Source: an uncultured Rhodobacterales bacterium (GTDB taxonomy: Bacteria; Pseudomonadota; Alphaproteobacteria; Puniceispirillales; Marisalimonadaceae). From it: DNA of 43,447 nt. The stretch is from the NCBI GenBank assembly GCA_964633395.1, contig CAZWGZ010000003.1, positions 1-43,447 on the forward strand, given 5' to 3'. Position numbers and translations under genes: made by a program. The stretch's first letter is position 1; each line of letters begins with the position of its first letter. Positions 7,968 through 17,105 of the stretch are shown one piece after another. The notes below the pieces were generated by a model. That model searched no databases and had not been told where the DNA came from. It worked only from the letters and a program-made list of their open reading frames with translations.

Positions 7968-10271
7968 TTAACTTAAATTTTGATTAAAACCTAATTGACA
8001 AATAGTTTCTGTGTCAATTAGAAATTCTGAAAATAACTCTTTCAGATTACCAGTTTGACCAAAACGGTCAACCCCCAAAGGGATTGTCTGATGACCAAAA
8101 ACTGATCCTATCCAGGCTAAAGTCATAGGATGACCGTCTATAACTGAAATTATTTTTGTATTTTTAGGAACGTCACTTAATATTTTTTCTATATGAGTTT
8201 TTTCATATTTTTGTTTCATAGATGATTTTTTTTCTTTCCATTCATGAAATAAACAATCTGAACTTGTTATTGCCAAAACACCAATATCTTTAAATTTATC
8301 TCCTAAAAATCCTGCCGCCTCAAAAACTTCATGAGCTGTTACGCCCTGATAAACTAGTATTATTTCAGGATTTGGACCAGGTTCTTTCATCCAATACCCA
8401 CCACTTATAATATCATTCTTTAATTTGTTATCTATATTCCTTATGGGTTGATCAATTACTCTTGTACTTAACCTTAAATATACTGAACCACCGTTATCAT
8501 TTTGCATATGATGAAAACCATAATTCATTATTATAGCAAGCTCATCAGCAAAAGCTGGCTCATAACTTAATAAACCTGGTTGACTAATTCCTATTAAAGG
8601 AGTGCCTATTGATTGATGAGCGCCCCCTTCAGGAGCCAAGGAAATTCCTGAAGGCGTTCCTATAATCATAAATCTTGCATCTTGATAACAAGCATAATTC
8701 ATTGCATCCAAACCTCGAGATATGAAAGGATCATATACTGTTCCAATTGGAAATAATCTTTCTCCAAACAACTCATGAGACAAACCTGCGGCACCAAGCA
8801 ATAGAAATAAATTCATCTCTGCAATTCCAAGTTCTATATGCTGTCCCATAGGAGAAAAAATCCATTTTTGAGCTGATGGTATCTTTCTATCTCTAAAGGT
8901 ATCAGAGCTATCTTTTCTACTGAACAATCCTTTTCTATTAACCCAAGGACCTAAATTAGTTGAAACTGAAACGTCTGGAGAAGTTGTAATTATTCTATTA
9001 CTAAATTCAGTATCATTTTTTGCATATTGATCTAATATTTTACCAAAAGCATTCTGTGTTGAAATTTTAGTTTCCTTTATATCAATAATATTATCGATAG
9101 ATATATTTTTACTTTTATACTTTCTAAACTTAGCTTTTTGAAAAGGAAGGTTTTTTAAATAATAATCTAATTCTAAAGTTTCTTTTTGATCGGAAAATCT
9201 ATCCCATTCATAACCATCAACAACCTTTAATTTAGATTTGAAACTCTCCATTTGTACTTTAGTCATCAATCCTGCATGATTATCTTTATGACCTGCTAAA
9301 GGTGTCCCCCACCCTTTAATAGTATAGGCAATAAAAGCTGTAGGTTTATCATCCTTTATATTCTCAAACGCTTCACATAATGTTGGAACACAATGACCTC
9401 CAAGATTTGCCATTAAAACTAAGACATCATCATCTGATCTTTTATTAATTAATTTAGAGACAACATCTTGATCACCTATATCATCCAGTATTCTCTCTTT
9501 AAGAGCACCTCCTCCTTCATAGATTAGAGCTGAATATAATTGATTTGGACAATCATCAATCCATTTCTTTAATTGCTTTCCACCTGGTTCCTTGAATGCT
9601 TCTTGTTGGAGTTTTCCATATTTTAATACAATTAAATTCCAGCCAAAAGCTTCAAATACTGAACTAAGACGTTCTGACAACCCTTCATGGACTACTCCAT
9701 CAAGTGATTGTCTATTATAATCAATTATCCACCATACATTTCGTAAATCATGCTTCCATCCTTCTTGAAGACATTCATAGACATTACCTTCATCCAATTC
9801 TGCATCACCTACTAATGCAATCATTCTTCCCTTAGGAATATTTTTTCCAAATTTTTTTTTTAAAATATAATCTTGAATTAATGACATAAAACTTGTCATT
9901 GCCACTCCAAGTCCAACAGATCCTGTTGAAATATCAACGTCATCTATATCCTTAGTTCTAGAAGGGTATGATTGAGCTCCTCCAAAACCTCTAAAATTTT
10001 GTATCTTTTCTTTTGTCTGCAAGCCTGACAAATATTGAATTGCATGAAATACAGGACTTGCATGGGGTTTAACTGCGACTCTATCTTCAGGCTTTAATAT
10101 GTTGAAATATAAAGCTGTCATTATTGATACTATTGAAGCAGAGCTAGCTTGATGACCTCCAACCTTTAATCCATCTTGATTTTCTCTGATATGATTTGCG
10201 TTATGTATCATCCAACATGAAAGCCACAACACCCGATTTTCCACACGTTTTAAAAAAGTATATTTATTCAT
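7968..10271 (-). CDS. ThDP-dependent enzyme, homodimeric pyruvate dehydrogenase E1 (AceE)-like / transketolase superfamily
   Basis: 767 aa. GGHQASSAS...KPHASPVFHAIQYLSG...FGGAQSYPS...VGDAELDEGN...IIDYNRQSLDGVV parallels the AceE layout (GGH.AS...QGH..P..YA...L.SYPHP...GDGEMDEPES...NCNLQRLDG). The C-terminal half is transketolase-like. No E2 or E3 gene is present in the window. Confidence 0.65.
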   Translation of the reverse strand: MNKYTFLKRVENRVLWLSCWMIHNANHIRENQDGLKVGGHQASSASIVSIMTALYFNILKPEDRVAVKPHASPVFHAIQYLSGLQTKEKIQNFRGFGGAQSYPSRTKDIDDVDISTGSVGLGVAMTSFMSLIQDYILKKKFGKNIPKGRMIALVGDAELDEGNVYECLQEGWKHDLRNVWWIIDYNRQSLDGVVHEGLSERLSSVFEAFGWNLIVLKYGKLQQEAFKEPGGKQLKKWIDDCPNQLYSALIYEGGGALKERILDDIGDQDVVSKLINKRSDDDVLVLMANLGGHCVPTLCEAFENIKDDKPTAFIAYTIKGWGTPLAGHKDNHAGLMTKVQMESFKSKLKVVDGYEWDRFSDQKETLELDYYLKNLPFQKAKFRKYKSKNISIDNIIDIKETKISTQNAFGKILDQYAKNDTEFSNRIITTSPDVSVSTNLGPWVNRKGLFSRKDSSDTFRDRKIPSAQKWIFSPMGQHIELGIAEMNLFLLLGAAGLSHELFGERLFPIGTVYDPFISRGLDAMNYACYQDARFMIIGTPSGISLAPEGGAHQSIGTPLIGISQPGLLSYEPAFADELAIIMNYGFHHMQNDNGGSVYLRLSTRVIDQPIRNIDNKLKNDIISGGYWMKEPGPNPEIILVYQGVTAHEVFEAAGFLGDKFKDIGVLAITSSDCLFHEWKEKKSSMKQKYEKTHIEKILSDVPKNTKIISVIDGHPMTLAWIGSVFGHQTIPLGVDRFGQTGNLKELFSEFLIDTETICQLGFNQNLS

Positions 10272-10300
10272 TAAAAATAAGTTCTATGATTATTAAATAA

Positions 10301-10376
10301 TTTATTCTATCACTAACTGAATAGAATAAATGACTAAATGTAACTTATTTATTCTATATTTAAGCATAATATGCTA
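10301..10376. promoter_or_regulatory. Candidate operator cluster in the divergent E1-like / Lrp intergenic region
   Basis: The 10-mer TTTATTCTAT occurs at 10301-10310 and 10348-10357. Its exact inverse ATAGAATAAA occurs at 10321-10330, so the first pair forms a perfect 10-bp inverted repeat with a 10-nt spacer. The palindrome AGCATA-A-TATGCT at 10363-10375 resembles the E. coli Lrp consensus YAGHAWATTWTDCTR as I recall it (about 13/15). Confidence 0.4.
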
Positions 10377-10420
10377 AATATTATAATTATTAATATATAT
10401 TATACCTTAAAGGGAATATT

Positions 10421-10885
10421 TTGAGCAATATTGACAAAATAGATAAGAAGATAATTTTTCACCTTCAACAGGATGGTAGATTAACTAATTTTGAATTAGC
10501 TGAAAAAATTGGGCTTTCGCCTTCACCTTGCCTTAGAAGAGTAAAAAATTTAGAACAAAAAGGACTTATAGCTGGATATACAGCTATAATAGATGAAGTT
10601 TCTTATGGGTTTCCAATTACTGCATTTGTTTCAGTAAGATTAGAAAATCAAACTGATCAAATACTAAAGTCATTTGAGAAAGGAATTACATCTTTAAAGG
10701 CCGTTATGGATTGCTGGCTAGTTACAGGAAATAGAGATTATCTATTAAGAGTAGTTGCTTCAGACTTAAAAAACTATGAGATTTTTATGAGAGAAGAGCT
10801 AACAAAAGTCAAGGGCATAGCTTCTATAGAAACAAATTTTGCGCTAGGTAGAGTTAAAACAAAAAATACCCTACCCTTAAATTAA
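10421..10885 (+). CDS. Lrp/AsnC-family transcriptional regulator
   Basis: 154 aa. It has the N-terminal HTH D.KI...LQ.DGRLTNFELAEKIGLSPSPCLRRVKNLEQKGLI and a C-terminal AsnC/RAM-type ligand domain. It has a TTG start with AAGGGA upstream. Confidence 0.9.
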   Translation: MSNIDKIDKKIIFHLQQDGRLTNFELAEKIGLSPSPCLRRVKNLEQKGLIAGYTAIIDEVSYGFPITAFVSVRLENQTDQILKSFEKGITSLKAVMDCWLVTGNRDYLLRVVASDLKNYEIFMREELTKVKGIASIETNFALGRVKTKNTLPLN

Positions 10886-10924
10886 CAAACTAAATTAAAA
10901 CTACTTTTAAAGTGAGATTGATTT

Positions 10925-11821
10925 ATGGATAAGTTAAAAACTATAGAAGCTGGCGACCTTAATGTAGCTTACTTTGAAACTGGAGAATTGAATGGAACAC
11001 CAGTCTTTCTTTTACATGGATTTCCCTACGACATAAATGCCTACAAGGATGTTGTCCCAAAGTTATCAGCTGAAGGTTGTAGAGTTATAGTTCCGTATCT
11101 AAGAGGTTTCGGACAAACTACTTTTATTAAAACCAAAAAACTCCGGTCTGGAGAACAAGCTGCATTAGGACATGATCTATTATCTCTAATGAACGCTTTA
11201 AAAATTCCTAAAGCGGTATTGGCTGGCTATGATTGGGGAGGACGAGCTGCTTGCGTTGTGGCTGCATTATGGCCTGAACGATGTATAGGCTTACTATCTT
11301 GTAATAGTTACAATATTCAAGATATAAAAAATTCGACAGAACCAAGCTTACCAAGTATGGAGCAAAAACTATGGTATCAATATTACTTTCATAGTGAAAG
11401 GGGGCGCGAAGGCCTTTTAAAAAACAGAGATGAATTAATTTCATTACTTTGGAAAACATGGTCTCCAACATGGAATTTTAGCAAAGAAACATATAATTTA
11501 AGTACAAAGTCATTCCAAAATCCAGATTTTGTTGAAGTTGTAATTCATAGCTATAGGCATAGATTTAATCTTGTAGATGGCGATCCAGCATACAGTATGA
11601 TTGAAAATAGATTATCTAAGCTACCCATAATTAATGTACCAACCATAACGTTTGATGGTGAGGATGATGGAGTAAGACCCCCATCACCAGAGCTGACTGA
11701 CAGTTTAAAATTCAAAGGATTTCGCCAACATCAAATCCTACCAAAAGTTGGGCATAATGTCCCTCAAGAAGCCCCAAATACTTTTGCAAAAGCTGTCCTG
11801 AAACTATGCCTAATTAATTAA
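10925..11821 (+). CDS. Alpha/beta hydrolase, epoxide hydrolase / haloacetate dehalogenase-like subgroup (Asp nucleophile)
   Basis: 298 aa. It has LLHGFPYD, the nucleophile elbow GYDWGG (Asp rather than Ser) and C-terminal GHNVPQEAP. Confidence 0.7.
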   Translation: MDKLKTIEAGDLNVAYFETGELNGTPVFLLHGFPYDINAYKDVVPKLSAEGCRVIVPYLRGFGQTTFIKTKKLRSGEQAALGHDLLSLMNALKIPKAVLAGYDWGGRAACVVAALWPERCIGLLSCNSYNIQDIKNSTEPSLPSMEQKLWYQYYFHSERGREGLLKNRDELISLLWKTWSPTWNFSKETYNLSTKSFQNPDFVEVVIHSYRHRFNLVDGDPAYSMIENRLSKLPIINVPTITFDGEDDGVRPPSPELTDSLKFKGFRQHQILPKVGHNVPQEAPNTFAKAVLKLCLIN

Positions 11822-11824
11822 GCC

Positions 11825-13048
11825 TCATTGATTTGCTATTTGGGGAGGAATACCAAATTCTTTTTTACATATCTCGGCCAAAAGTTTAACACCTTCGTCA
11901 ATTTCTTGTTTAGTCGGATTTCCAAAACAAAGACGCATTTTATTTTTACCATTTGGGTTAATTGACCATTCAGCTCCTGGATTAATAGCAACACCATCCT
12001 TTAAAGCTAATTCATACAAACGTGATGTATCAACAGATTCAGGCATATTTACCCATATAAATATTCCACCACTTGGCTTTACATATTCAGCAGTGGAACC
12101 AAAGTATTTATCTAAAGCATTACATATAGTATCTGATTTTTCTTTTAATTCATTACTTAAAAATTTTACGTGATTATTAAAATTATTTATACAAAACTCT
12201 GCTAGTGCCATTTGTTCTAAAGAGCCACTTCCAGCGTCAGTTTTATAAGGCAATATTCTTGAAAGAACATCCCAATTAGCCACTAAATAACCAACACGAA
12301 GTGCTGGAGCTATAGACTTAGAAAATGAACCACAATATATTACCAAACCTTGGGTATCATATGATTTAATTGCTGGAGGCCTTTCACCTTCCCAAATCAA
12401 ATCGGCATAGCAATCATCTTCAAAAATAGGAATTCCATATTGATTAGATAAAGCTAATAAACTTTTCCTTTTTTCAATAGACATTATTGTTCCTGTAGGA
12501 TTTTGAATTGTTGGGATAGTATAAATATACCTTGGCTTAATGTGTTTGCTTTCAAGATCAATCAATATTTTTTTAAGAGCATTTATATTCATACCATCGC
12601 TCTCCAACGGTACCCCTACCATATTCACACCCAATCTATTTAACCTTGTAATAGTTCCACCATAATTTTCTTCTTCAATTATAACGGTATCACCTTTTTG
12701 CAATAAAGTTTGGTTAACTAAATCTAAAGCTTGCAAGGATCCAGAAACCACTAATATTTCTGTCTCTGTGCAGTGAATAGAAGCTCTACTCTTTAATGCA
12801 CTAGCTATGAAATGTCTAAGGGGAAGGTAACCTTGTGGGCCACTTTCCAGTCCATATTTAGCTAAGGTTTTTCCTTCTTTTTCTAAAATTTTCTCTATAG
12901 ATTCTTTAAGACCTTTTACCGGGATACTATCATTATCATTATGACCTCCTACAAAGTTATACTTTGGATACCCCTTCCATTCTTTAGCTGGAGCCAAAGC
13001 TCCTGAATGTAGAAAACTATTTATATCAAACAAATCTTTTCTCCCCAT
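11825..13048 (-). CDS. PLP-dependent aminotransferase, class I/II
   Basis: 407 aa. It has IQNPTG and SFSKSIAPALRVGY (the PLP-lysine SxSK motif). Its overall size is typical of 2-aminoadipate/aromatic-type transaminases. Substrate is unknown. Confidence 0.8.
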   Translation of the reverse strand: MGRKDLFDINSFLHSGALAPAKEWKGYPKYNFVGGHNDNDSIPVKGLKESIEKILEKEGKTLAKYGLESGPQGYLPLRHFIASALKSRASIHCTETEILVVSGSLQALDLVNQTLLQKGDTVIIEEENYGGTITRLNRLGVNMVGVPLESDGMNINALKKILIDLESKHIKPRYIYTIPTIQNPTGTIMSIEKRKSLLALSNQYGIPIFEDDCYADLIWEGERPPAIKSYDTQGLVIYCGSFSKSIAPALRVGYLVANWDVLSRILPYKTDAGSGSLEQMALAEFCINNFNNHVKFLSNELKEKSDTICNALDKYFGSTAEYVKPSGGIFIWVNMPESVDTSRLYELALKDGVAINPGAEWSINPNGKNKMRLCFGNPTKQEIDEGVKLLAEICKKEFGIPPQIANQ

Positions 13049-13133
13049 ATTGATATGTTTTATATTAATTTTTTTTTGTATAATTACTATAAAACTTTAT
13101 AGTAAATTATAAATAATTTTAAAAAGTTTTAAT

Positions 13134-13502
13134 ATGCAATCAACTGATAGTTGGATCAATAATGTTAACTCTAATTCACGTTTAGTTTACAAAGGTCGTT
13201 GGATAAACCTAACCTTTACGTTTGGTATTGGAAACGAAGATCATTTAATTAAGATCTCTAATGGTATAATTCAATCTATACATACCAGATTAATTTTGAC
13301 TGAAAGTGGTACCTTTAGAATTCATGGACAATCTGAGTCTTGGGATAAACATTGGCTTAAAATACCACCGCGAGATTATCACGATATTTTTGCAATGTTA
13401 GCCAAAAAAATTATTACTATTGATGGGGATTTAACGCCTCTAATACAAAATCTACAATATTTCAAAGATCTAATTGCTTCTAATAGAAGTTTAGATTTTT
13501 AA
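13134..13502 (+). CDS. Small conserved hypothetical protein (possibly SCP2-like ligand-binding fold)
   Basis: 122 aa with no TM segment. The C-terminal DIFAMLAKKIITIDGDLTPLIQNLQYF loosely resembles the SCP2 C-terminal pattern. It lies 13 nt upstream of, and co-directional with, an alpha/beta hydrolase. The function call is weak. Confidence 0.4.
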   Translation: MQSTDSWINNVNSNSRLVYKGRWINLTFTFGIGNEDHLIKISNGIIQSIHTRLILTESGTFRIHGQSESWDKHWLKIPPRDYHDIFAMLAKKIITIDGDLTPLIQNLQYFKDLIASNRSLDF

Positions 13503-13515
13503 TAAAGGGTTTACT

Positions 13516-14373
13516 ATGGAAAATAATGACATTCATTTTGAAGATATAATTGGTAGATATATATCTATAAACGTTAATAATGAGGTTTTTAGAATTTATG
13601 TTGAAGAAGCTGGTGAAGGAATTCCACTTATATGTCTTCATACAGCTGGATCAGATTCAAGACAGTTTCGTCATATTTTAAATGATAAAGAAATAACAAA
13701 AAAATATCGAGTAATTGCTTTTGACCTTCCTTGGCATGGCAAATCTAACCCTCCTAAGGATTATCATTTAAATGAATATAAACTAACTACTGATTTATAT
13801 AAGAAAATAATAATGTCTTTTTGTAATGCATATAAAGTTATTAATCCTGTTATCATGGGTTGCTCGATGGGTGGAAGAGTAGTGCTTCATTTAGCCTTAG
13901 AACAGTCTAATTTTCTTAGAGCGGTTATTGCACTTGAAGGCTCTGATAAACTAGATGCATATTATGATTTAGATTGGTTACATAGACCAGATGTCCATGG
14001 TGGAGAAGTTCAGGCTGCATTTGTTTCGTCACAAATTGCACCTCAAAGTCCTGAAATTTTTAAGCATGAAACCTTATGGCATTATATGCAAGGCGGCCCA
14101 GGAGTTTTCAAAGGTGACCTTTATTTTTATTGGCACGATGGTGATTTTGACGATCGCTCAAAATTAATTGATACTCAAAAATGCCCCGTGTATTTATTAT
14201 CTGGTGAATATGATTGTTCGTGTACGCCAGAAAGAACTAAAGCCACTGCAAAGAGAATAAAAGGATCAAAAGCTACAATCATTCCTGGTATTGGACATTT
14301 CCCTATGTCTGAAAATCCTGAATTATTCAAATCCTATATACATCCTATTCTAAGAGAAATTTCAAGATTATAA
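13516..14373 (+). CDS. Alpha/beta-fold hydrolase
   Basis: 285 aa. It has LHTAGSDSRQF, the nucleophile elbow GCSMGG and C-terminal GIGHFPMSENPE (catalytic His). Confidence 0.75.
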   Translation: MENNDIHFEDIIGRYISINVNNEVFRIYVEEAGEGIPLICLHTAGSDSRQFRHILNDKEITKKYRVIAFDLPWHGKSNPPKDYHLNEYKLTTDLYKKIIMSFCNAYKVINPVIMGCSMGGRVVLHLALEQSNFLRAVIALEGSDKLDAYYDLDWLHRPDVHGGEVQAAFVSSQIAPQSPEIFKHETLWHYMQGGPGVFKGDLYFYWHDGDFDDRSKLIDTQKCPVYLLSGEYDCSCTPERTKATAKRIKGSKATIIPGIGHFPMSENPELFKSYIHPILREISRL

Positions 14374-14381
14374 TTGGATTT

Positions 14382-15158
14382 TTATCCAGATTTTTCTATA
14401 TTTCCACAAACACTAACGGCTTGCCCTGAAATATTCTTTCCTAATGGACTACATAGAAAATGAGCTTGCTCAGCTAAATCGTCGTGGGTAACAAATCTGT
14501 TAAGAGACGCTCCGGACAAAATTTCATTTTTCATTTCTTCAAATGATACATTTTTTACTTTAGCTTTTGCGTCTATTACTCGATTTTGTCTTTCACCTTC
14601 AACTATACCAGGCAAAAGTGCATTCGCTCGAATCCCTCTTGGCCCTAACTCTATAGCTAAACTCTTAACCATCCCAATCACAGCCCACTTTGTCGCGGCA
14701 TAAGGAAGCCTATATGCAAAACCAACTCTACCGGCTACGGATGATACAGAAAGAATAGAACCTTCGTCATTCATCCTAGGAACAGCTAATCGCATAGTTT
14801 CAAAGTGACTTGTCATATTTACCTGAAGGCATTCTTGCCATCCACCCAATGTTTGCTCTCCAACACCTGCGGTTTCACCAGCTATACCTGCGTTATTAAC
14901 TATAATATCTAACTCACCCAAATAATCAAAGCCCTCCTCAATCATAGCGGCAATTAATTGAGTTTGTCTTAAATCGCATACTGAAGCTTTAATATTATCA
15001 TCAGCTAAATTAGCTTTTTTAACAGCTTCATCATTAATATCACAGACGAACACTTTTGCTCCAGCTTTTTCAAATCGTTGAGCAATAGCGTAGCCTATTC
15101 CATCAGCACCTGCTGTTATAAGAGCTTTTTTACCTTCAAGTAATTTTTCATAATTCAT
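14382..15158 (-). CDS. Short-chain dehydrogenase/reductase (SDR)
   Basis: 258 aa. It has the cofactor motif ITAGADGIGYAIA, NNAG and the catalytic YAATKWA (YxxxK). It lies 12 nt downstream of the BKACE gene. Confidence 0.88.
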   Translation of the reverse strand: MNYEKLLEGKKALITAGADGIGYAIAQRFEKAGAKVFVCDINDEAVKKANLADDNIKASVCDLRQTQLIAAMIEEGFDYLGELDIIVNNAGIAGETAGVGEQTLGGWQECLQVNMTSHFETMRLAVPRMNDEGSILSVSSVAGRVGFAYRLPYAATKWAVIGMVKSLAIELGPRGIRANALLPGIVEGERQNRVIDAKAKVKNVSFEEMKNEILSGASLNRFVTHDDLAEQAHFLCSPLGKNISGQAVSVCGNIEKSG

Positions 15159-15170
15159 AATATATCTTTT

Positions 15171-16106
15171 CTAATTTATATTAGTCTTATCTTTTCCTTT
15201 TAGACCTAGCATCTCCCTTGCTTCATCTGGAGTAGCGACTTCTAAAGATAAGCCATCTAAAATTTCTCTAACTCTTTTGACTTGGTCAGCATTAGTTTTA
15301 GCTAGGTTACCAGGACCGTCCCATAATGAGTCTTCCAGACCAACACGAACATGAGACCCCAAAGCTGCTCCTGTTGCATTTATTTTCATTTGAGCAGCTC
15401 CTGCTCCAACAACTGACCATTCATATCCATCTCCAAATAATTTATCTGCAGTTTTTTTCAAATGTAGAAGATTATCTGCGTCAGCTCCAATTCCACCCAT
15501 TATACCCATGACAAACTGAATAAAATAAGGCCCTTTTAACAAACCTTCTTTATGAAAATAATGAAGGTTATACAAATGACCTACATCATAACACTCAAAT
15601 TCAAATCTAGTACCGTTCTCATAACCAAGCATCATAATATTTTCAATATCTTCAAATGTATTCTTAAATAATGAACCCTTACTTCTTTCTAACATCTCCT
15701 TTTCCCAAGGAAACTTTAATTGATTATGTTTTTTTAACATTGGAAACAAACCAAAATTCATTGAACCCATATTTAATGAAGCCAATTCTGGCTTAAAATG
15801 CATCGCAGGTCGCATCCTGTCTTCCACAGTCATCTGCGGGCCACCACCCGTAGTAATATTAATAACTGCGTCACATGAATTTTGAATTATTGGAAGGAAT
15901 TTTTGAAATTCTTCAGGATCTTGCGTTGGATGGCCATCGACTTCATCTCTTGCATGAAGGTGAAGAACAGCTGCACCAGCTTCATGAGCAGCTAAAGAAT
16001 GTTCTATTACCTCTTCAGCAGTTATCGGTAAGTATTCAGACATAGATGGAGTATGTATTGCTCCAGTTACTGCACAACTTATAATTACCTTTTTAGATTT
16101 AGCCAT
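15171..16106 (-). CDS. Beta-keto acid cleavage enzyme (BKACE / 3-keto-5-aminohexanoate cleavage enzyme family, DUF849)
   Basis: 311 aa. VIISCAVTGAIHTPS, HLHARD and HVRVGLEDS are the family hallmarks I recognise (TIM barrel, Zn ligands). There is an 8-nt overlap with the upstream dehydrogenase gene. Confidence 0.85.
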   Translation of the reverse strand: MAKSKKVIISCAVTGAIHTPSMSEYLPITAEEVIEHSLAAHEAGAAVLHLHARDEVDGHPTQDPEEFQKFLPIIQNSCDAVINITTGGGPQMTVEDRMRPAMHFKPELASLNMGSMNFGLFPMLKKHNQLKFPWEKEMLERSKGSLFKNTFEDIENIMMLGYENGTRFEFECYDVGHLYNLHYFHKEGLLKGPYFIQFVMGIMGGIGADADNLLHLKKTADKLFGDGYEWSVVGAGAAQMKINATGAALGSHVRVGLEDSLWDGPGNLAKTNADQVKRVREILDGLSLEVATPDEAREMLGLKGKDKTNIN

Positions 16107-17043
16107 TTTGGATATCCTCTCCTAGTTCAAGTTTAAGTTTTCTAATTAATGCTATCATTTTATTACGTTTTGCAATCCTATTCGGTCTATCTGAATGGGA
16201 CAGTCTCTTTCTTTGTTCTTCTTCTAAACTATTTATATACTCATCAGAGTATTCAGGTACACTATTTTGTTCTTTAGCTAGATTTTGAATACCTGTTTTA
16301 TACCTAGTAAATGAATCTTTAATTCCATCAGGAGAATTTAAATCCATTATCTCAAAGGGACCCATAAACGCCCATCTAATTCCCAAAGCATGTCTCACTG
16401 CTATATCTATGTCATCCATAGAGGCATATCCACCCTCATGAAGCCTTACTGCTTCATTAAGCAAAGCTCCTTGTAATCGATTTAAAACAAATCCTTCGGT
16501 TTCTTTATTTACAACTATAGCTGCATAATTAGCTTCTTTATATAAAGACAACGCTTTTTCAATAATTTCAGAAGTAGTTTCTAAGCTACCGCAAACTTCA
16601 ACAAATGGAACAACATGAGGTGGCAATGCTGGATGTGCACTTATACATCTATCTTTATGTATTACATTTTCAGAAATTTTTGAAATCAATAGATATGATG
16701 AGGAAGAAGCTAATATAGTGTTCTTTGGAGATAATCTATCTAGCTCTTGAAAAATATTTTTTTTAGCTTCTAAATCTTCTATTATACTTTCTTGTATTAA
16801 TACAGAATTTTTACAAATATCTTCTATTGAGCAATTGAGTATTATATTTGATTTAATTTTCTCTACGTCTAAATCAGGATTGATAATTGTTAAATCTTTT
16901 AATAATTGATCTGAAACTATTTCAAATTTTTTAAAACTATCTTCGTTTGAATCATAAACTAATGATTTATAACCAGCATTTGCAAAGCCAATCGCCCAAC
17001 TTGCTCCAATTAGACCTGCTCCACAAATACCAATATTATCCAT
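16099..17043 (-). CDS. 3-hydroxyacyl-CoA dehydrogenase-family NAD+ dehydrogenase (L-carnitine dehydrogenase-like)
   Basis: It has the Rossmann motif GICGAGLIGASWAIGFA and a 3HCDH C-terminal domain (FVLNRLQGALLNEAVRL). I moved the start from 17079 to the ATG at 17043 (MDNIGICGAG). The longer ORF would read through the dctM terminator hairpin. Confidence 0.75.
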   Translation of the reverse strand: MDNIGICGAGLIGASWAIGFANAGYKSLVYDSNEDSFKKFEIVSDQLLKDLTIINPDLDVEKIKSNIILNCSIEDICKNSVLIQESIIEDLEAKKNIFQELDRLSPKNTILASSSSYLLISKISENVIHKDRCISAHPALPPHVVPFVEVCGSLETTSEIIEKALSLYKEANYAAIVVNKETEGFVLNRLQGALLNEAVRLHEGGYASMDDIDIAVRHALGIRWAFMGPFEIMDLNSPDGIKDSFTRYKTGIQNLAKEQNSVPEYSDEYINSLEEEQRKRLSHSDRPNRIAKRNKMIALIRKLKLELGEDIQNG

Positions 17044-17060
17044 AAAAAATAATCCTATAA

Positions 17061-17098
17061 AAAATAAAAAAAACCGCATCTCAAAGATGCGGTTTTAT
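17061..17098 (-). terminator. Rho-independent terminator downstream of dctM
   Basis: A perfect 10-bp stem joins AAACCGCATC (17071-17080) and GATGCGGTTT (17086-17095), with loop TCAAA. The minus-strand RNA reads ...AAACCGCAUCUUUGAGAUGCGGUUUUUUUUAUUUUUU. The stem is among the few GC-rich segments of an AT-rich spacer. Confidence 0.85.
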
Positions 17099-17105
17099 TA
17101 TTTTA

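Noticed and set aside
9852-9861. A T10 homopolymer (A10 on the coding strand, encoding KKK) inside the E1-like gene, and similar T9 runs elsewhere, considered as possible phase-variation tracts.
   Set aside because: Lys-rich poly-A runs are expected at this base composition. There is no evidence here of frameshifted copies or of contingency-locus context.
17044-17079. N-terminal extension (MRFFLFFIGLFF) of the dehydrogenase ORF in the track.
   Set aside because: These codons are the reverse-strand reading of the dctM terminator hairpin and its U-tract. The Rossmann fold starts right after the internal ATG at 17043.
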